The position numbers were made by a program, and so were the translations under genes. A stretch of DNA of 64,000 bases, taken from assembly GCA_030141605.1 (NCBI GenBank), contig JAQGDQ010000389.1, positions 15,653 through 79,652 on the forward strand, given 5' to 3'. Shown one piece after another: positions 35,757-48,015 of this stretch. The DNA comes from Tubiluchus corallicola. Its lineage: Eukaryota > Animalia > Priapulida. Within the stretch, counting starts at the first letter, position 1; the number at the start of each line of letters is the position of its first letter. Below the pieces are notes generated by a model. That model saw only the letters and a list, made by a program, of their open reading frames with translations, ran no database searches and was not told the DNA's origin.

Positions 35757-38700
35757 TGTGTGTAATCATGTTTATTTGGTACTTGTTTCTAGATAGAGGG
35801 CCTCAGTGAGCCTATCGATCCATTAATTAAGGAAAAAGTGCTAGAACTGCTAGCCAGTGGTGTGCAATCATGTTCATTTGGTACTTGTTTCCAGATAGAG
35901 GGCCGCAGTGAGCCTGTGGATCCATTAATTAAGGAAAAAGTGCTAGAACTGCTAGCCAGTGGTGTGTAATCATGTTCATTTGGTACTTGTTTCCAGATAG
36001 AAGGCCGCAGTGAGCCTATGGATCCATTAATTAAGGAAAAAGTGCTAGAACTGCTAGCCAGTGGTGTGTAATCATGTTCATTTGGTACTTGTTTCCAGGT
36101 AGAGGGCCGCAGTGAGCCTGTCGATCCATTAATTAAGGAAAAAGTGCTAGAACTGCTAGCCAGTGACGTGTAATCATGTTCATTTGGTACTTGTTTCCAG
36201 ATAGAGGGCCGCAGGGAGCCTGTCGATCCATTAATTAAGGAAAAAGTGTATGAACTGCTAGCCAGTGGTGTGTAATCATGTTCATTTGGTACTTGTTTCC
36301 AGATAGAGGGCCGCAGGGAGCCTGTCGATCCATTAATTAAGGAAAAAGTGCTAGAACTGCTAGCCAGTGGTGTGTAATCATGTTCATTTGGTACTTGTTT
36401 CCAGATAGAGGGCCGCAGGGAGCCTGTCGATCCATTAATTAAGGAAAAAGTGTATGAACTGCTAGCCAGTGGTGTGTAATCATGTTCATTTGGTACTTGT
36501 TTCCAGATAGAGGGCCACAGTGAGCCTATCGATCCATTAATTAATGAAAAAGTGCTAGAACTGCTAGCTAGTGGTGTGTAATCATGTTCATTTGGTACTT
36601 GTATCCAGATAGAGGGCCACAGTGAGCCTGTCGATCCATTAATTAAGGAAAAAGTGCTAGAACTGCTAGCCAGTGGTGTGTAATCATGTTCATTTGGTAC
36701 TTGTTTCCAGATAGAGGGCCGCAGTGAGCCTATGGATCCATTAATTAAGAAAAAAGTGTTACAACTGCTAGCCAGTGGTGTGTAATCATGTTCATTTGGT
36801 ATTTGTTTCCAGATAGAGGGCCACAGTGAGCCTATCGATCCATTAGTTAAGGAAAAAGTGTTAGAACTGCTAGCCAGTGGTGTGTAATCATGTTCATTTG
36901 GTCTTTGTTTCCAGATAGAGGGCCGCAGTGAGCCTATGGATCCATTAATTAATGAAAAAGTGCTAGAACTGCTAGCCAGTGACGTGTAATCATGTTCATT
37001 TGGTACATGTTTCCAGATAGAGGGCCACAGTGAGCCTGTCGATCCATTAATTAAGGAAAAAGTGCTAGAACTGCTAGCCAGTGGTGTGTAATCATGTTCA
37101 TTTGGTACTTGTTTCCAGATAGAGGGCTGCAGTGAGCCTGTCAATCCATTAATTAAGGAAAAAGTGCTAGAACTGCTAGCCAGTGGTGTGTAATCATGTT
37201 CATTTGGTACTTGTTTCCAGGTAGAGGGCCTCAGTGAGCCTGTCGATCCATTAATTAAGGAAAAAGTGCTAGAACTGCTAGCCAGTGGTGTGTAATCATG
37301 TTCATTTTGGTACTTGTTTCCAGATAGAGGGCAACAGTGAGCCTATCCAGTCCCATTAATTAAGAAAAAAGTGCTAGAACTGCTAGCCAGTGACGTGTAA
37401 TCATGTTCATTTGGTACTTGTTTCCAGATAGAGGGCTGCAGTGAGCCTGTCAATCCATTAATTAAGGAAAAAGTGCTAGAACTGCTAGCCAGTGACGTGT
37501 AATCATGTTCATTTGGTACTTGTTTCCAGATAGAGGGCCACAGTGAGCCTATCGATCCATTAATTAAGGAAAAAGTGTTAGAACTGCTAGCCAGTGGTGT
37601 GTAATCATGTTCATTTGGTACTTGTTTCCAGATAGAGGGCCGCAGTGAGCCTATCGATCCATTAATTAAGGAAAAAGTGTTAGAACTGCTAGCCAGTGGT
37701 GTGTAATCATGTTCATTTGGTACTTGTTTCCAGATAGAGGGCCGCAGTGAGCCTGTCGATCCATTAATTAAGGAAAAAGTGTTTGAACTGCTAGTCAGTT
37801 GTGTGTAATCATGTTCATTTGGTACTTGTTTCCAGATAGAGGGCCGCAGTGAGCCTATCGATCCATTAATTAAGGAAAAAGTGCTAGAACTGCTAGCCAG
37901 TGGTGTGTAATCATGTTCATTTGGTCTTTGTTTCCAGATAGAGGGCCGCAGTGAGCCTATGGATCCATTAATTAATGAAAAAGTGCTAGAACTGCTAGCC
38001 AGTGACGTGTAATCATGTTCATTTGGTACATGTTTCCAGATAGAGGGCCACAGTGAGCCTGTCGATCCATTAATTAAGGAAAAAGTGCTAGAACTGCTAG
38101 CCAGTGGTGTGTAATCATGTTCATTTGGTACTTGTTTCCAGATAGAGGGCTGCAGTGAGCCTGTCAATCCATTAATTAAGGAAAAAGTGCTAGAACTGCT
38201 AGCCAGTGGTGTGTAATCATGTTCATTTGGTACTTGTTTCCAGGTAGAGGGCCTCAGTGAGCCTGTCGATCCATTAATTAAGGAAAAAGTGCTAGAACTG
38301 CTAGCCAGTGGTGTGTAATCATGTTCATTTGGTACTTGTTTCCAGATAGAGGGCCGCAGTGAGCCTATGGATCCATTAATTAAGAAAAAAGTGCTAGAAC
38401 TGCTAGCCAGTGACGTGTAATCATGTTCATTTGGTACTTGTTTCCAGATAGAGGGCTGCAGTGAGCCTGTCAATCCATTAATTAAGGAAAAAGTGTTTGA
38501 AGTGCTAGCCAGTGGTGTGTAATCATGTTCATTTGGTCTTTGTTTCCAGATAGAGGGCCGCAGTGAGCCTATCGATCCATTAATTAAGAAAAAAGTGTAT
38601 GAACTGCTAGCCAGTGACGTGTAATCATGTTCATTTGGTACTTGTTTCCAGATAGAGGGCCACAGTGAGCCTATCGATCCATTAATTAAGAAAAAAGTGT

Positions 38701-40559
38701 TAGAACTGCTAGCCAGTGGTGTGTAATCATGTTCATTTGGTCTTTGTTTCCAGATAGAGGGCCGCAGTGAGCCTATCGATCCATTAATTAAGAAAAAAGT
38801 GTATGAACTGCTAGCCAGTGGTGTGTAATCATGTTCATTTGGTACTTGTTTTCAGATAGAAGGCCGCAGGGAGCCTGTCGATCCATTAATTAAGGAAAAA
38901 GTGCTAGAACTGCTAGCCAGTGGTGTGTAATCATGTTCATTTGGTACTTGTTTCCAGATAGAGGGCCGCAGGGAGCCTGTCGATCCATTAATTAAGGAAA
39001 AAGTGCTAGAACTGCTAGCCAGTGGTGTGTAATCATGTTCATTTGGTACTTGTTTCCAGATAGAGGGCCACAGTGAGCCTATCGATCCATTAATTAAGGA
39101 AAAAGTGCTAGAACTGCTAGCCAGTGGTGTGTAATCATGTTCATTTGGTACTTGTTTCCAGATAGAGGGCCGCAGTGAGCCTATGGATCCATTAGTTAAG
39201 GAAAAAGTGCTAGAACTGCTAGCCAGTGGTGTGTAATCATGTTCATTTGGTACTTGTTTCCAGATAGAGAGCCGCAGTGAGCCTGTCGATCCATTAATTA
39301 AGGAAAAAGTGCTAGAACTGCTAGCCAGTGGTGTGTAATCATGTTCATTTGGTACTTGTTTCCAGATAGAGGGCCGCAGTGAGCCTATCGATCCATTAAT
39401 TAAGGAAAAAGTGCTAGAACTGCTAGCCAGTGACGTGTAATCATGTTCATTTGGTACTTGTTTCCAGATAGAGGGCCGCAGGGAGCCTGTCGATCCATTA
39501 ATTAAGGAAAAAGTGCTAGAACTGCTAGCCAGTGGTGTGTAATCATGTTCGTTTGGTACTTGTTTCCAGATAGAGGGCCACAGTGAGCCTGTCGATCCAT
39601 TAATTAAGGAAAAAGTGCTAGAACTGCTAACCAGTGGTGTGTAATCATGTTCATTTGGTACTTGTTTCCAGATAGAGGGCCACAGTGAGCCTGTCGATCC
39701 ATTAATTAAGGAAAAAGTGCTAGAACTGCTAACCAGTGGTGTGTAATCATGTTCATTTGGTACTTGTTTCCAGATAGAGGGCCGCAGTGAGCCTGTCGAT
39801 CCATTAATTAAGGAAAAAGTGCTAGAACTGCTAACCAGTGGTGTGTAATCATGTTCATTTGGTACTTGTTTCCAGATAGAGGGCCACAGTGAGCCTGTCG
39901 ATCCATTAATTAAGGAAAAAGTGTTAGAACTGCTAACCAGTGGTGTGTAATCATGTTCATTTGGTACTTGTTTCCAGATAGAGGGCCGCAGTGAGCCTAT
40001 GGATCCATTAATTAAGGAAAAAGTGCTAGAACTGCTAGCCAGTGGTGTGTAATCATGTTCATTTGGTACTTGTTTCCAGGTAGAGGGCCTCAGTGAGCCT
40101 GTGGATCCATTAATTAAGGAAAAAGTGCTAGAACTGCTAGCCAGTGGTGTGTAATCATGTTCATTTGGTACTTGTTTCCAGATAGAGGGCCGCAGTGAGC
40201 CTATCGATCCATTAATTAAGGAAAAAGTGCTAGAACTGCTAGCCAGTGACGTGTAATCATGTTCATTTGGTACTTGTTTCCAGATAGAGGGCCACAGTGA
40301 GCCTGTCGATCCATTAATTAAGGAAAAAGTGCTAGAACTGCTAGCCAGTGGTGTGTAATCATGTTCATTTGGTACTTGTTTCCAGATAGAGGGCCGCAGG
40401 GAGCCTATTGATCCATTAATTAATGAAAAAGTGTGTGAACTGCTAGCCAGTGGTGTGTAATCATGTTCATTTGGTACTTGTTTTCAGATAGAGGGCCACA
40501 GTGAGCCTATTGATCCATTAATTAATGAAAAAGTGTGTGAACTGCTAGCCAGTGGTGTG
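35757..40559 (+). repeat. 102-bp tandem array, 47 units, each made of an intron 3' end, an AG acceptor and the start of CARF-like exon 5
   Basis: First exon start 35793, last 40488; difference 4695 = 46x102+3. Unit taatcatgttcatttggtacttgtttccag|ATAGAGGGCCGCAGTGAGCCTGTCGATCCATTAATTAAGGAAAAAGTGCTAGAACTGCTAGCCAGTGGTGTG. Confidence 0.97.
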
Positions 40560-40651
40560 ACAAACAGGAGGAACTTAGAAGCATGTGTTAAAGAATATGT
40601 GATTAACACGTTATTCTGTGGACGAGATCCACCAGAACAAAGTAGGCGAAG
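40488..40651 (+). CDS. CARF-like gene, exon 5 (last array unit plus unique continuation)
   Basis: ttttcag|ATA GAG...CGA AG|gtaggt; IEGHSEPIDPLINEKVCELLASGVTNRRNLEACVKEYVINTLFCGRDPPEQSRR resembles CARF P.V..KI.ELV..G....V...L..FV..ELF....P; phase 0 to 2. Confidence 0.85.
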
Positions 40652-41890
40652 GTAGGTTAGTTCACCAGTCAGTATTCAGTCATTAAACTGAAAATTGTTT
40701 ATCACCTTCAAAACCGCACCATTCAAAATAGGTCTTATTAGACCTTTGACTTTTCTGCTTCTGTATGTGCACAGAGACATGCCTAGGTGATTACAAATTA
40801 GGTACTGGTTTATTTAGCAGAACCTGGCTATCACGCTATTTGTTTAAACATTTATAAGCGATTTGATTGGATGAAATTAAGAAAAAGACGACCTTTTCTG
40901 GCAATCCAGCTTAACCTATTGAGTACCTTAGTCTGGTGTACACTTACGTGATCGTACACACTATTTTATTGATTGCCTTTTTGCTAATGCCCAATAGAAC
41001 TGTCTGCTGTACAGAGCGCCAGAAAAAACAGCCGATCAGTCAAGGACAAATTAAGGTAGCTTCATCTTTTAACAGGAATTTCTCTCTAAAAATAGAGCAG
41101 ACTTGAGGCCAACGTGTGTCAGTGTTGTGTCTGGATGGTTGAAATTTTCTAGCATTAGCTGCTTTCACACAAGTGATACTGTACATTATTACTGTGCAAA
41201 ACTGCTGTTACTGAAAGCTTCAATTTTTTCGTCAGAAATTGATTTTTAATTCTAAGGTAATCTAAGGTAATCATATGTGTTTTATATCTAATTTTGCATA
41301 AAAGCCCACTGTGTGAAGTCTATAAAAATTATCAAATAGAATGTAATCATTTCTTATTGAGAGCTGTTTTTCATAAAACCATGTACCAAACACTTACAAG
41401 TCTGAAGGAGTTAAATCACCAATGAGACTAAAAAGGATAAAATAAAGAATGAAGATTTTGTATTTACTTCATGGTGCACATCTTGTTACCTAAGAAACCA
41501 ACCTGTAAAATTTCAGCTTTGTAACTTTAGCATTCGAGCTAAACACTGGTCATTCGAGCTAAACACTGGTCATTTGAGCTAAAAACTGGTCACACAGATG
41601 CACTCATATGCATCTATGCATGAACAAACACACAAATGAACACAAGCATGCATGCACACACAAACCCATGCATGTACATGCACACAGACAGACACACACA
41701 CACACACCCTCACACACATGTACACGCACTCACACACACGCACGTACACACACACTCACCCACCCTCACACACATGTACATGCACTCTCACACACACTCA
41801 CACAGCCTGTTTCCTTTATTAATCAATGGTATAGATGGCATATTATGTCAAAGCACTATATTTACTTAGTAAAATTGTTTATATTTGTAG

Positions 41891-42374
41891 GTACTTTCCA
41901 CGTGCAAAGGACTTTTCTAATTTAATTACAAAGTATAAACATAGACGGCGCTTCTCTAAAATTGATGACCTGATTTCAATCCAGAGGGAGTACCAAGAGA
42001 TGTCTGATAGTGACGCGATGGAAGATGTGTCTGATGGGACAGTAAACTGTGCAATTAGTGAATTACCACCGAGGCGTAGCCAGTTTAAAAGCAGCCTGAT
42101 ATGGGCAAGGTCCACTTTGAAACAGGTAATTGACTTGACTTACAAATTCAGTAAAGATGCTGACCCAGGTCAGTTTAGAAATTGGACAGCTTTGGTGGAC
42201 GAATGTCTCGTGGAAGCTACAAAACTGGTGAAGAAACACGATGGTTTGACCTTAGAGTCTGAAAGTGCTGGTCCTAGTGCAAGGAAGAAAGCAAGGCTTG
42301 ACCAGAGCTCACCTGACCCAGTGTCCAAGCGTCCAGCTTCAGGAAGAGTTGGAGATAGAGCCAAGACGTTATAA
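41891..42374 (+). CDS. CARF-like gene, exon 6 (terminal)
   Basis: tttgtag|G TAC TTT CCA; phase 2 gives RYFPRAKDFSNLITKYK (CARF FFPT..DI.NHI), then FSKIDD, an acidic linker, a helical LKQVIDLTY...GLTLE segment and SGRVGDRAKTL*. Confidence 0.8.
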
Positions 42375-42597
42375 AGATTCTACAAGCCTCCTCTTTCCAG
42401 GCACAGTAAAGCTACAAATGTTTAGGAAGTCTGAAAGTGCTGGTCTTAGTGCAAGGAAGAAAGCAAGGCTTGACCACAGCTCACCTGAGCCAGTGTCCAA
42501 GCGTCCAGCTTCAGGAACAGTTGGAGATAGAGCCAAGACGTTAGAACGATTCTGCAGCCTCCTCGTTCCAAGTGTAGTAAAGCTACAAATGTTTAGG
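42257..42597 (+). repeat. ~171-bp tandem duplication spanning the stop codon of the CARF-like gene
   Basis: gtctgaaagtgctggtc..gtgcaaggaagaaagcaaggcttgacca...gtaaagctacaaatgtttagg occurs twice. Confidence 0.9.
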
Positions 42598-42789
42598 TGC
42601 CATTCCCCGACTCAGTTGCCTAAACTGGGGCCACAAAAATTCCTGATTGAAATCTTATTTTCAGAAAAATGTTGCGTGTCTTTAGTAATTTTGTTGTTAG
42701 TGTTAAAAACACAAATGTTTGTATGTTTCTTCAGACTTTATTTTTACAAAACAATGACGGGTAACATGGGATTTTTTTCCGTTTGTAAC

Positions 42790-43170
42790 TTGTCAGTGGC
42801 TTCTTTGAAAGGCTTGTCACTGGCTTCTTTTAAGGGCTTGTCACTGGCTTCTTTGAATGGCTTGTCACAGGCTTTGAAAGGCTTGTCACTGGCTTCTTTT
42901 AAGGGCTTGTCACTGGCATCTTTGAAAGGCTTGTCACTGGCTTCTTTGAAAGACTTGTCACTGGCTTCTTTGAAAGGCTTGTCACTGGCTTCTTTGAAAG
43001 GCTTGTCACTGGCTTCTTTGAATGGCTTGTCACTGGCTTCTTTGAAAGACATGTCACTGGCTTCTTTTAAGGGCTTGTCACTGGCGTCTTTGAAAGGTTT
43101 GTCACTGGCTTCTTTGAATGGCTTGTCACTGGCTTCTTTGAATGGCTTGTCACTGGCTTCTTTGAAAGAC
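42790..43170. repeat. 24-bp minisatellite, ~16 copies
   Basis: Unit ggcttgtcactggcttctttgaaa. Confidence 0.95.
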
Positions 43171-44576
43171 TAGAATCTGGCTCCTAGATCAGTTGTCCAC
43201 CTTATCAAGTGGCACCTTCCCCTCTGTCGCGCAGGTTACAAACACAGAAGTATTATTAGGTGACATCATCCAATTTTCCTAGTGAAACCATTGTAACATA
43301 GATGCAGTACACCATGGTAACTGCGGTCATCTCATTTGGTGGAGCATGAGCAGCTGAGGAGCTTATGAAGTTACAATGACGAACAGCCAGTTAAGAGGGA
43401 CATAATAGAAACCCAATGAGGTTACAAGAAAACAAATTAAACCATCAATTAATGATAAAACTGTAGTTATTGCTACGTGTACATTGTTAGTGCTGTATAC
43501 TCTCTCGTAAGTGTAATATTTTGACGTATTGCATTATTAAGAACATGATGTTTTTGTGTGATGTACTTTCTAGTTTGTGATGTTATTATACGTTTAGTTT
43601 TGTGTTGAAATGTATATTTTAATGTCGTTATGTTATTGTATGTATTATTAATTTTGCTAAGTATAGTATTATGCTACAGAGATTAGGCCTACAGTGTTTT
43701 TTACACTCGCATACTCAGGCAATAGTTTATGGCACTTTGCAAGATAGAAGCACTGAAAGATACTTGCCATACTACTCGTAAATAATTGCTATTATTGTTA
43801 ATTTATTTTGTTAATTCTATGCACGAAATCAACTCAAATATGGAAGAAAACTTTTCTTCAATAAATGTGATGTTTTAAAATTTGTAGAGCTATAAATGTT
43901 TGTGGTGTACTAGTGCATTGTGTTTTGTGCTGTGTATTGACCCTCACTAAGATTCACCAAAAATGTAAGTTCAGCGTTGCTCTCTGATAAAAGTTTGTTT
44001 TAACAACAATCTTTAACTTGATGAAAAACGAGTTGCACTAAAAAGAACAATGATTTTTGTTGTTCTTAAAAAACCTTGTCGAAAAATGATAAAAAATTAA
44101 CCTATAATTTTTTTATTTTAAGACATAATGCTAAATTCTTTATATCACATCATGCACAATCAACTCATGGACAATAATACCACTAAATTTTACATTGAAT
44201 TAAACTTTAAATTTTAATAAGAAAATCAAACTCATGAAATTTAATTTAACAAAAAAAAGAAAACTAGCATCAATAAATCTGTCAGATATATTTATATATG
44301 AATATTTATAGATGCCAAGTGCATTATCTTTAACACTATTTTACAAAGCACAAAATCTTATAGAATGTTTGATAAGCATGTAATGAAAATGATTTTTCCC
44401 TATTAATCGTACTTGAGAAAAAAGTATCATTGTTCATACAAAACTTACAAAATTTACTTTATAAGAACTGCTTAACAAAGCCTAAGATGTTGTACCAGCC
44501 AATGGCAGGGTAGATAAGTCTAACCCTGCTGAACCCATTTAAAAATTTTGTTTGAGATTAAATACTGGGAAAAATC

Positions 44577-44719
44577 TTAGCTAACTATGTAGCCATTGAA
44601 TGTGCTGGCATAACTACCTGTATAAATGGAGGCACCAGTGTAGTATGTGACATAAACTTCATCTGTTGTTTCGAGATGAAGAATAACAGCCTTTGTTATG
44701 TCAAGCCAGAGATCACCAC
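44577..44719 (-). CDS. Ig3-C1q gene, last exon (C1q C-terminal part)
   Basis: ttgttgcag|GTGGTGAT...AGC TAA; AVILHLETTDEVYV...YASTFNGYIVS* fits the C1q L.L...D.V.V...STF.G motif. Confidence 0.9.
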
Positions 44720-47700
44720 CTGCAACAAAATAAAATTATTTTTAAGTACAACTTGTGTAAGAGCGAATACTAGTCACAAGGATGCATCAGTTTATCTTAA
44801 TGTCAGGATTATTGTTAACATCACAAGCCGAGAATTTAAAAAATTTAGATACCAAACTTGAAAAATAGGAAATACTAAAAAGTTATATGCAGGATGGATT
44901 TGAACTAGACCTAGCTGGTTAACTAAATTAGCACTTAAAAGTTAAAGCACTCAAACTAGACAGATTTATTTTAACTAATTTGAATATTTTTGGTTTAATT
45001 TGGTTAATTATTGTTGTATTTCGTTAAACCAAGTTTTTCAACCTGCAGTATTAAATATTAATGTTTTGTATATTGTAATGCAGACAGAATGATGATGAGT
45101 GGCTGTCATGCCATAGTTGTGACATAGTGACTGTTTTCTAATTTTGATTGCCTCAATTTTGCAGGCTATGTAAAAACTTTGGAGGACCAACTCAATGACG
45201 TACATCATTTTAAGAGGCCTTTACGTAACATGCAGATGCAGTTGCATTTTGGTGGAAGTGGAACAGACAAAATCGGTTTATATTATTTCCAAAGCATCAT
45301 TTATGGAGCCTGCGGACCTACTATTATTTTTCTCCAGCGATTCCCTATTACTTTTTTCCACAGTTCTGCAAGTAGAAAATGCATCAACATATGCATCCGA
45401 TTTCTTAGAATGCCAAGTTAGACGAGACCCCTGAACTCGAACCCAGGAATAAAATGGCACAAGACTTTGTTGAAAAGACAGAATTACAGTCTCTTAACAT
45501 CAATAGATGGTGAAGCTGAGGTGCAATTGGACACCTTTGGTTATTCTCCTCCACCTTACAGACCACATCGTACTTGACATGACAGAGATGAGGAAACAAC
45601 ATGGAGTTTCTTTCCTGCCATCCCTCTGCCCGATGCATCATTACTGGTCTGCATAAAGAATTATTACGACACAGGCATTTCGTCATTAAATTTTGCTAAA
45701 TGTGTTAATTTGTGACCAACTTCACACGTTTGACACCTCATGCGTGAGCACAGTGGCAAATTTAAAATTCGAGTTTTTATCTAAAACTTGCTTAAGTTTT
45801 AGTACAACACACTAAGTATTTTACAGAAGGATTGTACTTGAATTTTCGTTATGTCCCCAGAGTAATCAACAAGGCAAATGATATTTGATTGGCTGCTAGG
45901 TAGTCTTTCCCAAAGTTCCCCTCTTGCCCAAAAACGGCTAAAATAAATTGGTCCTGCTAGAGTTGACTCGAAAATGAGGGAACCAAATACAAATTTGCTA
46001 AAGTCTCTGCCATCTCCTGTCTGGGCTGACCAATTTGAGAGAAATCAGCAGACAATGTAACCTGAGCAATCATTTACCTGCATTCACCTACCTGGTATTT
46101 CAACCAATGACAACCCCAATGAATCATTTTTCCTCTCAACAGTCAACTTACCGAGCTCTGTCCACTTTTCAAATGTAAATTTTGGGCATGGCTTCTTATT
46201 TCAGTAAACTTTCTACTTGTAATTTAGCTTACACCTGTAAAATGCACCCACTATTTTATTGCATTAGGAATTCTGAGTATAAATTTTTTCAGAAACATAA
46301 CGAGAAGTTTCAGTGAAGAAACCTGTTTTTGGCAACCTGACTTGTGGCAGACATTTTATCCTCTGCTGAACGATAGTCTTACACAGTTGGAAATTGAAAC
46401 TTGCATGCTGGCAAACATTCCACTGAAGTCTCACCATTTAGTTGTAGCACTGGAATCGTTAGCTGTTGCCTAAGGCTGAACAATTAAGCCTACAGATGGG
46501 ACTGGTTGCAGCCCGTATTTTTCTGTATTAACTTAAAATGCTCTTGCCCCATAAATAAATAAATAAATCTCTCTTTACAGCACTTTAGGTTTGCAAAATC
46601 GTAATTAAAGGTACAGCAATAAAACCTGCCAATAAAGTAAAACTTAAAGGAATCAATATTTCATCTAAAGTCAACCGACGAAAAGAAAATCTTTAACTCT
46701 ACTAAATAATTTTGTAGCCTCGTGCACAGACTAATGATATTTAAAATTATGCAACAAAAACTGTTATCTTCCTTTTGCGCTGCATTTGAAAATCTTGTTG
46801 TCACGTTGTGGAAGACATTATTCAACTTTCCTTTATTGTGTTAACTCCATTCAAAGTGGGAGGATTGATTTTAAAGGGAGGGGGGCGGAGCTTTTGCCCT
46901 ATTATGTGTTTAAACTTTCATTCACTAAAGGACACAGAACATGTTACGTGAATGTTATTTTAAAGACTCTTCAAAATAAAAACATCTATAAATCGAAATT
47001 CAATCATCTTACCTGAACGAAATTCACAAATCCTACCTTGTGATTGACTAAAATTTAAATACTCACCTATTTCACCTGTGCAAAATCTATAAAAACAAGT
47101 GCCGCATTCTTATTCCTTGAGTTCAGGGGTTACTGGTATTAGTTTGAGCACCAAACAGGACAAGCCTGATCCCTTCATGATCCTGTCTCCTAACTGTTTG
47201 TGTGCCAATGTGAGGTAACCCCTCAAGGGTTGATTCCCTTTTTATGTTTTGTGTCTAGCCAGCTAGTTGTTCATTCCAATTACGAAAATTCTTTCTTACA
47301 TTAACATATTAATTTTACAAAATCACTAAATTAGTCAAGATTATGGGCTTATGCCACTCAATGAATGCTAATTAATGTCTCCCAGGCATTTGGTTCACTG
47401 ATCTCGTTTCAGGATGAGGTACTCAAACCATGGCGTCTCACCCACCCATAGCTCTGGTTCAAACCATCCAGGAGCTATTACAACTACCCTGGTGGCTAGT
47501 ATCGACAACAGAACAGTATTTATAGCTATTTTATGTGTTTCACTTATGCATTTTTGATTAAGTATAACAATACTTCTTTTACAAATTATCATTACCAAAC
47601 GAATTAAAATGAAGAAAACATAATTATGTTAATGAATAATTAAACTAGAATTGCAAATAAGGTGAGTGAGCTTTAAACAATCAATAAGTATTTAACAAAT

Positions 47701-47886
47701 GGGATTGACAGTCACCAACTTGTGAATGAATGAACAAATGAACGAATGAAATTTAATGAATATGACATTATTATAGAAAATTAAGTTATGTAAAAAATTG
47801 TTTACTTAAAACTCTTGAGTAATGAATTTGTTAGCATAGATGTAGACACGGTGCCTCATTGCAAATAGTTTACTAAACAAGCTTAC

Positions 47887-48015
47887 CTGCATGATAGGGA
47901 TATGCAACATTATTTCCATTACGTTTAAGAACGGCCACAGTACCTGCTGAGCTTCTCTTCGCCAGTAAATTCAGTTCAAAGTAGTAAGTGCCTGATATAG
48001 GCGCCGTGAATTTTC
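47887..48015 (-). CDS. Ig3-C1q gene, C1q middle exon
   Basis: ctttacag|GAAAATTC...CATGCAG|gtaagc; GKFTAPISGTYYF is the C1q signature; 129 nt, phase 1-1. Confidence 0.92.

Noticed and set aside
35789-38473. 451-aa and 376-aa minus-strand ORFs with 34-aa repeats
   Set aside because: They are antisense by-products of a 102-bp (3n) unit with non-ATG starts. The plus strand explains the unit as an acceptor plus CARF-like exon.
35757-40559. CRISPR-like array
   Set aside because: No unique spacers (whole units repeat), eukaryotic spliced context and no cas genes.
42265-43173. 302-aa ORF with GLSLASLK repeats and the antisense KEASDKPF ORF
   Set aside because: Explained by the 171-bp duplication and the 24-bp minisatellite; not in the frame of the spliced gene.
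29320-43720. MULE terminal inverted repeats around the CARF-like gene
   Set aside because: Only a weak similarity (gcggggcgtaaaacac vs gcgagtgtaaaaaacac) and no TSD; unsupported.
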